Positions 18,406-27,721 are shown, counted from the stretch's first letter. The stretch: DNA of 64,000 nucleotides from Hellea sp. (GCA_014238285.1 JABABK010000008.1:10829-74828), one strand, 5' to 3'. Made by a program: numbers and translations. The notes: generated by a model from the letters alone, not told the origin.

Positions 18406-19752
18406 ATGACGAATTTTAAAAATCAGTATGATGCTGTTATTATCGGATGTGGTCCGGCCGGTAGCGCCATGGCATCTTATTTGTCCCTCAATGATATTTC
18501 TTGCCTCGTCGTGGATAAATCGAAATTCCCTAGAGAACATGTCGGCGAGTCATTAGTGCCTTCCGCCATGCGAATATTTAGCGAGATCGGTTTTCTGGAC
18601 AAAATGCACGCCGCGGGCTTCCCGCAAAAAAACGGCGTCGGCTGGACAAGCACCTCGAATGGTCGCGAAAGCAAGTTACATGAATTTGATTTCAAGAGCT
18701 TTGGAGTGGATGTGGGCGTTGATATTGACTTTAGCGAACGCAAACAATCCGGTATTGATAGCCCCTATACGTATCATGTAGACCGCGGCAGATTAGACGC
18801 CTTGCTCGCAGATCACGCCGCCTCACTCGGCGCTCAAATTGCTTATGAAACCAAAATCACTAATTTCGAATTTTTAGGTGATGGCATGGGTGCCAACCTG
18901 AAAATTGACGATCAAGACATTCATTGCAAAGTCGTGGTTGATGCCTCTGGCCGCAACACTGTCCTTGGGCGCAAATTAGGTTTTATGAAAAAAGATCCTG
19001 TGTTTAATCAATACGCCATCCATAGCTGGTTTAGCGGATTTGAACGCGGGCCCGATGAAAATCATGAGTTTACATACGTCCATTTCATCCCAGAATCCGA
19101 CGCTTGGGTTTGGCAGATACCGGTCGCTGATGACATAATGAGTATTGGCGTTGTCTCCCAAATGGCAGATTTCAAACGCCTTGATACAACCAATGAAGAG
19201 TTTTTCTGGCAAACAATCGCCAAGCGCCCGGATTTGATGAAGCGCCTGCAAGCCTCAAATCGCGCGCGCGATTTTAAAGTCGAAGCTGATTATTGCTATG
19301 CCATGACACAGGTCAGCGGCGATGGCTTCGTCATGATCGGCGATGCGGCACGGTTCGTTGATCCGATTTTCTCAAACGGTGTCAGCATTGCGCTCAACAG
19401 CGCCAAGATTGCCGGCAAAGACATTATCAAAGCCCTCAAAAACAATGAGCCCATTACAAAGTCCAGCTTCGCCGAATATGAAAGGCAACTGAAAATCGGT
19501 ACTAATAACTGGTACCGCTTTATCTCGCTCTATTATCGCCTCAATGTGATTTACATGCACTTTCTATCCGACGAAAGATATCGTCTAGGAACACTCAAAC
19601 TCCTGCAAGGTGATGTCTATGACGACGAAAATCCATTTGTTCTCGATGAAATGCAAAAACTCGTCTCGACAATCGAGGCTAATCCCGATCATGTCTTTCA
19701 TAAGTTTTTAGGCAATCTAAGCGCCCATATTCAATCTGATCATATTGCGTAA
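18406..19752 (+). CDS. FAD-dependent oxidoreductase with flavin-dependent halogenase signatures
   Basis: GxGxxG (IIGCGPAGS), FPREHVGESLVP, WxWxIP motif (AWVWQIP), GDAARFVDPIFSNGVSIAL, and a candidate catalytic Lys in GFPQKNGVGW. 448 aa. Confidence 0.7.
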   Translation: MTNFKNQYDAVIIGCGPAGSAMASYLSLNDISCLVVDKSKFPREHVGESLVPSAMRIFSEIGFLDKMHAAGFPQKNGVGWTSTSNGRESKLHEFDFKSFGVDVGVDIDFSERKQSGIDSPYTYHVDRGRLDALLADHAASLGAQIAYETKITNFEFLGDGMGANLKIDDQDIHCKVVVDASGRNTVLGRKLGFMKKDPVFNQYAIHSWFSGFERGPDENHEFTYVHFIPESDAWVWQIPVADDIMSIGVVSQMADFKRLDTTNEEFFWQTIAKRPDLMKRLQASNRARDFKVEADYCYAMTQVSGDGFVMIGDAARFVDPIFSNGVSIALNSAKIAGKDIIKALKNNEPITKSSFAEYERQLKIGTNNWYRFISLYYRLNVIYMHFLSDERYRLGTLKLLQGDVYDDENPFVLDEMQKLVSTIEANPDHVFHKFLGNLSAHIQSDHIA

Positions 19753-19815
19753 TCTTTCAATCTACTCTCACAAAACTATTTCCAAACCCGAGCCTTTCAG
19801 TTACGTTTCACCTCT

Positions 19816-20592
19816 ATGAGAGCTATCGATCTAAACGCAGATATTGGCGAGGCGGATACGCCGGAATGGCGGGCCGTCGAAGCCGCTGTCATGACCCATA
19901 TCACATCGGCCAATATTGCTTGCGGCGGCCATGCTGGTGATAGCGAAAGCATGGCGCGGACGGTAAAGCTGGCACTTGAGAACGGCGTCAATATCGGCGC
20001 TCATCCCGCCTACCCGGATAAAGAAAACTTTGGCCGTAAATCCTTATCGGTCGGCGTGGATATTTCGGCTCGACAGCTCAGGCAAAGTCTAACCTCGCAA
20101 ATTATATCTCTTGCTGAAATAGCGGCGGATCATGGCCACGCCATTACTTATGTCAAGCCTCACGGCGCGCTTTATAATGACTCTGTTTTTGACCCGAATC
20201 TGGCGCTGCTACTCGCCGACGTGGTTGCGAATATCGACCCTAATTTATGGCTGATAGGCGCGCCGGGCTCGGCCCAAGAAAAAGCTGCCAAGGCCCGAGG
20301 GCTGACGTATATCAGTGAAGGCTTTATAGATCGGCGCTATACCGATGATGGACATTTACAAAGCCGTAAAGAAGATGGCGCCGTTATAGAAAACCAAACG
20401 ACCCGCCAAAATCAAGCCGTCGCCCTACTCAATCAAAAACCTGTCACAACGGCAACGGGCGGCAAGCTTAATCTGTCAGTCGATACACTTTGCCTTCACA
20501 GTGATAGTGCGGGGGCAGATAAGACGGCCGCCCTTATTCGCAAAGCACTGACAAAACAAAACGCCACGATAAAGGCCTTTATACATGGCTAG
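19816..20592 (+). CDS. pxpA: 5-oxoprolinase subunit A (LamB/YcsF family)
   Basis: DLNADIGE and ACGGHAGD motifs. It is followed by pxpB and pxpC with overlapping stop/start codons. Confidence 0.9.
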   Translation: MRAIDLNADIGEADTPEWRAVEAAVMTHITSANIACGGHAGDSESMARTVKLALENGVNIGAHPAYPDKENFGRKSLSVGVDISARQLRQSLTSQIISLAEIAADHGHAITYVKPHGALYNDSVFDPNLALLLADVVANIDPNLWLIGAPGSAQEKAAKARGLTYISEGFIDRRYTDDGHLQSRKEDGAVIENQTTRQNQAVALLNQKPVTTATGGKLNLSVDTLCLHSDSAGADKTAALIRKALTKQNATIKAFIHG

Positions 20593-21280
20593 CATCAGCG
20601 AATACGACATCATCCCTTATGGCGACTCGGCCTTTTTGGTACAATTTGCCACGAAGGTTTATTCCGAAACAGTCACCAATCATATCCACGCACTGATCCA
20701 TAGCCTGCAAGGCCATGATCATTGGGAAGAAGTTGTGCCGGGTTATAATAGTCTTCTGGCATATTTCTGCCCCGCCAAGTTCAAACCTTATGAAGCCAAA
20801 AAGGTTTTGATCAAAGCTCTGAAGAACCCTGTGGCAGCTTCGAAGTCCGTTTCTAAAACCATTGATATTCCCGTCTGTTATGGCGGTGAATTTGGACCTG
20901 ATATGGAAACGATCATGGAGAGCAGTGGTCTATCACAGCAGAAAATCATCAAACTTCACAGCGAGAAGAGCTACACAGTTTGCATGATGGGTTTCATTCC
21001 GGGTTTCACATTCTTATCAGAAGCCCCGCAGTTATTACACCATGCGCGCCGCCCAACTCCGCGTACTATTATTCCAGCTGGATCAGTTGGCATCGCCGGA
21101 TGGCAGACCGGTATTTACGGTCTTGAAAGCCCTGGCGGTTGGCAGCTTATCGGGCGCACGCCTTTGAACATGTTTGACAAAGATAGAGACGCGCCATTTC
21201 TGGTCCATGCAGGCGATGACGTTAAATTTGTCCCGATATCGCCTCTTGAATATGCCAAGATTGAAAAGAGGATTTCATGA
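20585..21280 (+). CDS. pxpB: 5-oxoprolinase subunit B (KipI / allophanate hydrolase subunit 1 family)
   Basis: 231 aa with GFIPGFTFL...GSVGIAGWQTGIYGLESPGGWQLIGRTP cyclophilin-like fold signatures and the expected operon position. Confidence 0.85.
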   Translation: MASISEYDIIPYGDSAFLVQFATKVYSETVTNHIHALIHSLQGHDHWEEVVPGYNSLLAYFCPAKFKPYEAKKVLIKALKNPVAASKSVSKTIDIPVCYGGEFGPDMETIMESSGLSQQKIIKLHSEKSYTVCMMGFIPGFTFLSEAPQLLHHARRPTPRTIIPAGSVGIAGWQTGIYGLESPGGWQLIGRTPLNMFDKDRDAPFLVHAGDDVKFVPISPLEYAKIEKRIS

Positions 21281-22209
21281 TTGAAATTCTCCAAACGGGC
21301 ACACGCATAACCCTCCAAGATGTTGGCCGCCCCGGCCATCGCCATGAAGGCATTCCGCGTAGCGGCGCTGCCGACAAATTAAGTTTTGGCCTTGCCAACT
21401 GGATGGTCGGCAATGACTGGAACACACCTGCACTTGAATGCGTTTTAGGCGGGCAGCACTTCAAATTTCATAAGGACATGACCATTGCAATAGCGGGCGC
21501 TGAAATGTGGGCACAGGTCAACGGTCAGAACGTCAGTAACTTCACGGCCTTTAAGGTCAAGTCAGGCAATATTTTGACCCTAAGCTTCGCGCGCATTGGA
21601 TGCCGCGCTTATCTAGCTGTGCCCGGTGGCTTCCAAGGTGATGATTTTCTTGGCAGCATTTCGACCTATCTACCCGCCAGTCTTGGCGGTTATAAGGGCC
21701 GCGCGCTGCAAAGTCGGGATCAGCTTGAAACACTTGATATAACGACAACCACCCGTTCAATTCCAAAAGGTTATGCGCCGCAGTTTTCAAATCATATGGT
21801 ATTTCGCGCCCTCGAAGGCCCAGAGTTTTACGACCTATGCCTCGCCTCGCAAAGAAACCTTTTTATTGATCCCTATGAGGCAACCCAAAATACCAACCGC
21901 ATGGGCGCGAGGCTAAAGGGTAATAAAGTTGTCCCCAAAGAAGTCACAAACATGATTAGCTCGCCTCTTTTACCCGGCACGTTGCAATGCCCACCAGATG
22001 GACAGCCAATTCTGGCGATGACAGATGGCCATTGTACAGGCGGTTATCTGCGAACGCTCCAAATCATTCGGGTAGACCTATGGTTGATGGGACAAATCAA
22101 GCCCGGCTCAAAGATCAGTTTTCGCCGGTCTATTGGGGATGACGCCTTTGAAGTTCTCGCGGGCCGTAATGCTTTTTACAGTAGCCTTATGGACGGCTTC
22201 TCATTTTAA
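21277..22209 (+). CDS. pxpC: 5-oxoprolinase subunit C (KipA / allophanate hydrolase subunit 2 family)
   Basis: 310 aa with TLQDVGRPGHRHEGIPRSGAAD and TDGHCTGGY motifs. It has a 4-nt overlap with pxpB. Confidence 0.85.
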   Translation: MIEILQTGTRITLQDVGRPGHRHEGIPRSGAADKLSFGLANWMVGNDWNTPALECVLGGQHFKFHKDMTIAIAGAEMWAQVNGQNVSNFTAFKVKSGNILTLSFARIGCRAYLAVPGGFQGDDFLGSISTYLPASLGGYKGRALQSRDQLETLDITTTTRSIPKGYAPQFSNHMVFRALEGPEFYDLCLASQRNLFIDPYEATQNTNRMGARLKGNKVVPKEVTNMISSPLLPGTLQCPPDGQPILAMTDGHCTGGYLRTLQIIRVDLWLMGQIKPGSKISFRRSIGDDAFEVLAGRNAFYSSLMDGFSF

Positions 22210-22224
22210 GGGTATCGGCGCAGC

Positions 22225-23964
22225 TTGTCTCATAAACCTTACATATTGCTGGATGACCAGCTCGCCGGCAAAGCGCGGTATTATGAAGATCCGATAAAGG
22301 TCATCACAGCCTATACGGCGACGCAGCTTGAAATGGCTTTTACAGACATCCAGTCAGAACTAGACCAAGGTCATTATATAGCAGGGTTTGTCAGCTATGA
22401 AGCGGGCTATGCTTTAGAGCCGAAACTAACTCCATTATTAGTCGAACCTACCGAAACGCCATTATTGCAAATGGGCGTATTTAAAACCTGGTCAGATCAG
22501 TATCCTGAAGCCCCCTGTGAAGCCGCCCCGCAGCTTAACCTCAAACCGGGCTGGCAAGAGAAAGAATATTTATCTCGATTTGAAAAAGTCATCGATTATA
22601 TCAAAGCGGGCGACGTTTATCAGATCAACCTAACCTTCCCGCTTTTATCACGCTATGAAGGCTCCGCCCTTTGCTTTTATGATACGCTCAGAGCCCGACA
22701 ACCGGTTCATTATGGCGGTGTGATATCTATTGATGATCGGGAGATCGTATCCTTTTCGCCCGAGTTGTTTTTCAATAAAGAATGCCAAGACATCGACATG
22801 CGCCCCATGAAAGGAACTGTTAAGCGACTGCCTAACCGCGAAGCTGATTTGGCCCTACGCGAATCCATGCGCTATGATATTAAATCGCAAGCCGAAAACT
22901 TAATGATCGTTGATTTACTTCGCAATGACCTCTCAAAAATAGCTAAGGTCGGTTCTGTTAAAGTTCCTCATTTATTTGCGCTGGAAACCTACCCAACCCT
23001 GCATCAAATGACGTCAACAGTGACAGCAAAATTGGATAACCATATCAAAGTTCGTGAACTGTTCACCGGGCTTTTTCCATGCGGCTCCGTCACAGGCGCG
23101 CCAAAAATAAGAGCAATGGAAATCATTCACGAACTAGAGGCTGGGCCTCGTGGTCCTTATTGCGGCGCTATCGGGTTTATGGACCCAGATGGCAACGCCT
23201 GTTTTAACGTCGCCATCCGTACCGCCATCATTAAAGATAAAAACCTTCGTTATCATGTTGGCAGCGGTGTGGTGCTCGATAGTCACGGAAAATCCGAATA
23301 TGAAGAATGCCTCTTGAAGGCCAAATTGCTGGCACATAACCCTGATTTAATCGAGACGTTTAGATGGACACCAAGCGAAGGCATTATTCGCAGAGATAAA
23401 CATATGGCTCGATTGACTGCAAGCGCCGACGCACTTGGTTATGCTTTAGATCAAAGCGAACTCATAAATAGTATCAACGCTATTACATCAATCGTTGATC
23501 AGCGTGTACGCCTATCTCTATCCATTGACGGTAATATCCAAATTCAGGCTCAAGATTACAAAGAAATAAATGAACCCGTTTCACTTTCACTGTCTCGTCA
23601 CGCCCTTAGTCAAAGCGTTCAAGAAACCCGCCACAAACTCAGCGCCCGAGACTTTTACGACGGCGAGCGCAATCGCCTCAAAGCGTTATCCGGTTGCGGC
23701 GAGGTTATTTTTGCCAATGAATCTGGCGAAATTTGCGAAGGCAGCTTTACCAATATTTTCATAAAGAAGGACCGAGTGCTACTAACGCCACCCCTCAGCT
23801 CCGGCCTCTTACCCGGCGTCCTTCGAGCTGAACTTATTGAAACAGGCAAAGCCATCGAAGAAGTTTTATATCTCGCTGATCTAGCATTAGCGGATGAAGT
23901 TTTTGTTGGTAATTCATTGCGAGGCTTGATTCACGCCAAATTCATTAGCTTTCAGCCGCTGTAA
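22225..23964 (+). CDS. pabB: Fused aminodeoxychorismate synthase component I / aminodeoxychorismate lyase (PabB-PabC)
   Basis: The N-terminal part has chorismate-binding signatures (PMKGT, AENLMIVDLLRNDL, GAPKIRAMEIIHELE...RGPYCGAIG). The C-terminal ~200 aa are class-IV aminotransferase-like (RHKLSARDFY, EGSFTNIF, GLLPGVLR). The start codon is TTG. Confidence 0.85.
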   Translation: MSHKPYILLDDQLAGKARYYEDPIKVITAYTATQLEMAFTDIQSELDQGHYIAGFVSYEAGYALEPKLTPLLVEPTETPLLQMGVFKTWSDQYPEAPCEAAPQLNLKPGWQEKEYLSRFEKVIDYIKAGDVYQINLTFPLLSRYEGSALCFYDTLRARQPVHYGGVISIDDREIVSFSPELFFNKECQDIDMRPMKGTVKRLPNREADLALRESMRYDIKSQAENLMIVDLLRNDLSKIAKVGSVKVPHLFALETYPTLHQMTSTVTAKLDNHIKVRELFTGLFPCGSVTGAPKIRAMEIIHELEAGPRGPYCGAIGFMDPDGNACFNVAIRTAIIKDKNLRYHVGSGVVLDSHGKSEYEECLLKAKLLAHNPDLIETFRWTPSEGIIRRDKHMARLTASADALGYALDQSELINSINAITSIVDQRVRLSLSIDGNIQIQAQDYKEINEPVSLSLSRHALSQSVQETRHKLSARDFYDGERNRLKALSGCGEVIFANESGEICEGSFTNIFIKKDRVLLTPPLSSGLLPGVLRAELIETGKAIEEVLYLADLALADEVFVGNSLRGLIHAKFISFQPL

Positions 23965-24048
23965 TTAGCCCATTTAAAATCGCAAATAGGATTGCCGTAG
24001 AGCGGTCTAACTCATATATAGGTAGCACAATAATAATAGGAGGATGGC

Positions 24049-25227
24049 ATGGTTGGTAAACTCAGCACATTACAATATTTGGACAAAGCCCTTGGCGGCC
24101 TACGCGAATTAGGTCTGTTAAATGGTCAAAGCGATCCTGTCCCGATTGTCACTTTGCTGGACCAAATCATTGACCTTGATAAAGATAAAGTCACCGCCAT
24201 TGCTCGTACACTTAACCAAGCATCCTATTTCAACGAAGTCGTTCGTGAACAAATCTCCGGCATTAAAGTCGCAGAGCGCTATGAAGGTATTACAACGGCC
24301 TTTAACTCAATCCGTGATGACGCCAAGGCTCTTGTTGACCAATATGCTGACGGTAAAGTCAGCACGATGGAACGCATGTCAAACGTCTGGATGAAGATGA
24401 CACGAGGCTCTATCGCCTCACGTTTTGACAAGATCAAAGACCTTTATATCGACGTCACCGAAGAAACAGCCAATCAGATCGAGCGCGAACAGCTCATCCT
24501 AGAAGCCTATATGGATTTTCGCGGCGCTATGAAAAATGCCGAGGTTCTTTCCTTTGATGTCCTCGACAAAGCTGAAGCCGAGCTAGACGCGGCCAAAGAA
24601 TCCGTGACCTCAGCCGTTGCGACGGTCGATGCCTATACAGGCGACGATAAAACCCACCGAGCTGGTCTGGAACTTGACCGCGATGAAAAACTTCGCGCGC
24701 TTCAAACCTCGGACAAGCGCTACCAAGTCGCTAAAGATCTGTCCGATAATTTGACTATTGGTTACAATACATCCGAAGTCGTCATGGCCCGTTTGGTTCA
24801 AGTCAAAAATGCCAAAGAGCGTGTTTACGCCCAGAGCATTTCATTCTTTGGAACAAACGAAGTTGTCTTAACGGCGCTCACCGCGACCTTTACGGGCATG
24901 CATGGTCTTCACGAAAGCACACAGACATTAGAGGCCATGAAAAGAGGCATGAATGAAAGCCTAGAAGTCCTGGCCGAAGTCGGCGACAAAGTTCAAGAGG
25001 CTGCTATCGAAGCGGGATATGGCCCGACCATATCTGCCGCTGCTGTTAAAAAGCTTCTGGACTCAGTGGTTTCCTACCAAGAGCGCAGCTACGAGATCAT
25101 TGCTGAAATGCGTAAGCTTTCGACGGAGAATTCCAAAGAAATTCGCGTGATTGTCGAAGATGGTAAGCGCCGTCTGGCCAAGCTCGCTGAAAGCGGCGCG
25201 GCATCAACTTTGATGCTTGAAAACTAG
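24049..25227 (+). CDS. Soluble all-helical protein, possibly TelA/KlaB-like (toxic anion resistance family); first gene of a three-gene operon
   Basis: 392 aa with a strong SD (AGGAGGA) and no TM or signal peptide. The layout of the C-terminal half recalls TelA. No HMM was run, so the family call is tentative. Confidence 0.7.
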   Translation: MVGKLSTLQYLDKALGGLRELGLLNGQSDPVPIVTLLDQIIDLDKDKVTAIARTLNQASYFNEVVREQISGIKVAERYEGITTAFNSIRDDAKALVDQYADGKVSTMERMSNVWMKMTRGSIASRFDKIKDLYIDVTEETANQIEREQLILEAYMDFRGAMKNAEVLSFDVLDKAEAELDAAKESVTSAVATVDAYTGDDKTHRAGLELDRDEKLRALQTSDKRYQVAKDLSDNLTIGYNTSEVVMARLVQVKNAKERVYAQSISFFGTNEVVLTALTATFTGMHGLHESTQTLEAMKRGMNESLEVLAEVGDKVQEAAIEAGYGPTISAAAVKKLLDSVVSYQERSYEIIAEMRKLSTENSKEIRVIVEDGKRRLAKLAESGAASTLMLEN

Positions 25228-25236
25228 CCCTACTAA

Positions 25237-26235
25237 ATGGTCAATACGCAAGACATATTGGAGGACGAACTGTCCTCCATCAAAGATGCCAAAATTGCCC
25301 AAGGTGGTGAAAAGGGCGATGAAAAGCTCGATGACATCATGTTGGCCATGGATGTCGTTGATACGCTTCGCCATGAACGGGTTATGGTCGAAAAGGAACT
25401 CGCAGGTGAAGACCGCCGTGAAGCATTGATCGAACGCCTAAGAGGCATTTATCAAGCTCAAGGCATTGACGTACCTGATGAAGTTCTCATGGACGGGGTC
25501 ATGGCCCTTGAAGATCAGCGTTTTGTCTATGAGCCACCGACCAAAGGTTTTGGTACTTCGGTGGCTAGGCTTTATGTCAATCGCCGTAAATGGCTACCGT
25601 TATTTTACACATTAGGTTTCGTGTTCATTGGTGCTTTCGGGATTAACTATTTCGGGTTTGATCGACCGCAAATGCTTGAGAACAAACGGATTGAAAAGCT
25701 ACTAGATGTTTCCCTACCGCAAAGCCTTAAAGAGGCTCAAACAAAAGCCCTGTCCACCGCTGGAACGGAAGACATAAAGGCCCGTATCAATGATCTCTAC
25801 GCCCTTGGAACAACCGCCATTGAAAACAAAAATGTGACGGATGCCAAGAAACACACCTCCTCTCTTGAAGCTCTGTCCCAAGACTTATCGCAACGATACA
25901 CATTACGAGTCGTTTCTCGACCCGGTGAATATAGTGGCGTCTTTCGCATCAATGAAGACGGCGCAACAGCGGTTCGAAATTATTACCTGATCGTTGAGGG
26001 TATTTCGCCATCGGGTGAACGCCTCGAGGTTTTGATCAATAGTGAAGAAGACCAAAAGACACGACGAACGACCGTCTGGGGTGTCCGCGTACCTGAAGCC
26101 GAGTTTAACAAAATAGCCGCCGATAAACGCGATGATCAAATCATTCAAAACTCTGTCATCGGTGAGAAGAAACGTGGTTTTTTAGACCCAGAATATTCCG
26201 TCCAGACATCTGGCGGGCGGATATTGGATTGGTGA
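25237..26235 (+). CDS. Single-pass membrane protein of unknown function; second gene of the operon
   Basis: 332 aa with an acidic N-terminus (LDDIMLAMDVVDTLRHE), one hydrophobic span (WLPLFYTLGFVFIGAFGINYFGF) and a beta-rich C-terminal domain. It starts 9 nt after the upstream stop. Confidence 0.7.
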   Translation: MVNTQDILEDELSSIKDAKIAQGGEKGDEKLDDIMLAMDVVDTLRHERVMVEKELAGEDRREALIERLRGIYQAQGIDVPDEVLMDGVMALEDQRFVYEPPTKGFGTSVARLYVNRRKWLPLFYTLGFVFIGAFGINYFGFDRPQMLENKRIEKLLDVSLPQSLKEAQTKALSTAGTEDIKARINDLYALGTTAIENKNVTDAKKHTSSLEALSQDLSQRYTLRVVSRPGEYSGVFRINEDGATAVRNYYLIVEGISPSGERLEVLINSEEDQKTRRTTVWGVRVPEAEFNKIAADKRDDQIIQNSVIGEKKRGFLDPEYSVQTSGGRILDW

Positions 26236-26236
26236 T

Positions 26237-27721
26237 ATGAAAAGCGGTCTCCAAACACTTCACGATATAGATGGCGCTATTCTCAAAGCGCGACGCTCCG
26301 TTGCGCAAGCGTCTGAGTTTCCCAAACGTACAGCTCAGGCCATGGTTGATATTCGAAGACGTCAAGCACTCGCCTATGACGAAATCGCCAAAGAACGCCT
26401 CGGGCTCCTCACCAAAGGCGAAGGCGGCGAACTTGGCTATGTCGACCGTAAGGCCGAAAAGCTCTTGAAGAAGCATCAATCGGAAGAGAAAAAAGCCGCA
26501 GGTAAACTCGACAAAGCCGTCGCTAAAATCGAAAAACTGGAAGCTGAAAGACGCGCAGCTGAAAAAGACGTTCAAAAGGCCGTGGATGCCTATGACAAAG
26601 CTGCGGCTCTAGCCGAAAAAGAAATCCTCAATGATACGGCCTATATGGCCGCGCTGGATCGCGTAGACACGGCCGAAAGCACCGTGATCCGCGCGACGGA
26701 AAAACTAGAGCTTGCTCGCCATGACGAGACAGAAAAGGGTACCCCTTACCGCCAAGATCCGTTTTTCAGCTATTTGCAATCGCGCAATTACGGAACCAAA
26801 CAAGCCAAAGGTTGGTTCATGACAAAATGGCTGGATAGCTGGGTCGCCTCTATAATTGGCTATCGCAAGACGGCGGAGAATTACAAACGACTTCAAGCCA
26901 TCCCTGCCCGGCTTGAAAACCATGTCACAGGCCTTGAAAACAAAGTCGAGCAATCACGGGATGATCTCGAAAAACTCGAAGCAGATATTTTGGAACGTAA
27001 AGGCGTCACCAAGCTTCACAAAGCATCTCTAAAGACGCAGGAAAAACTTGATAAGATTGATGAAAAAATCGCGACAACCGAAAGAGAATACGGCGAACTT
27101 CGAGAAGTGCATAACCAAATATCGACCGGCGAAAAGGGCCCTTACCGAGAAGCTGTGGATATTCTCTCAGATGCGCTAACCCGGGTTAAGTATAATGACT
27201 TACGCCGTTTAGCTTCACAGACAACGAGCCGAGATGATGACCTTGCCATTGAGGAAATCAGAGACATGGCAAGAGCCGCAGATGAGCTAGAAGACGACCA
27301 AAAGGAAGCTAAAACTCTCGTCCGGAAATATGAACACACTCTCAAAGAACTCGAAGACATTAGACGCCGTTTTAAGTCCAGACGCTATGATGCGCCGTCC
27401 TCAATCTTTGAAAGCGACCTTCTTGGTGCATTGCTTATCCGCGTTCTTTCAGGCGCGCTTGATGGCAATAGCCTTTGGCGGCAAATCGAACGGGCACAGC
27501 GCACGACCCGGCGCTATTCTGACAGTGACTTTGGCGGCGTTGACTGGACGGAAGGTTTAAGGTTGCCGCGTACCACACGGAGCCGCCGTAGCCCGCGCAT
27601 CCGAACCTCTATCCCGCGCAGGCCGCGCACCAGTATACCCCGCATGCCGAAAATATCTCGTTCGTCTGGAAGACGCTCCAGTAGCCGGTCAGGCGGTTTT
27701 AAAACAGGTGGTGGGTTTTAA
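26237..27721 (+). CDS. Long coiled-coil protein with an Arg/Ser/Pro-rich C-terminal tail; third gene of the operon
   Basis: 494 aa, starting 1 nt after the upstream stop. It has heptad-like K/E/A-rich stretches, an aromatic island (PFFSYLQSRNYGTKQAKGWFMTKWLDSWV), and the tail RRSPRIRTSIPRRPRTSIPRMPKISRSSGRRSSSRSGGFKTGGGF. Confidence 0.7.
   Translation: MKSGLQTLHDIDGAILKARRSVAQASEFPKRTAQAMVDIRRRQALAYDEIAKERLGLLTKGEGGELGYVDRKAEKLLKKHQSEEKKAAGKLDKAVAKIEKLEAERRAAEKDVQKAVDAYDKAAALAEKEILNDTAYMAALDRVDTAESTVIRATEKLELARHDETEKGTPYRQDPFFSYLQSRNYGTKQAKGWFMTKWLDSWVASIIGYRKTAENYKRLQAIPARLENHVTGLENKVEQSRDDLEKLEADILERKGVTKLHKASLKTQEKLDKIDEKIATTEREYGELREVHNQISTGEKGPYREAVDILSDALTRVKYNDLRRLASQTTSRDDDLAIEEIRDMARAADELEDDQKEAKTLVRKYEHTLKELEDIRRRFKSRRYDAPSSIFESDLLGALLIRVLSGALDGNSLWRQIERAQRTTRRYSDSDFGGVDWTEGLRLPRTTRSRRSPRIRTSIPRRPRTSIPRMPKISRSSGRRSSSRSGGFKTGGGF

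Noticed and set aside
26156-26575. 139-aa minus-strand ORF antisense to the start of the coiled-coil gene
   Set aside because: It is antisense to a translationally coupled operon. The Phe/Cys-rich translation is the complement of K/E/A-rich coiled-coil codons.
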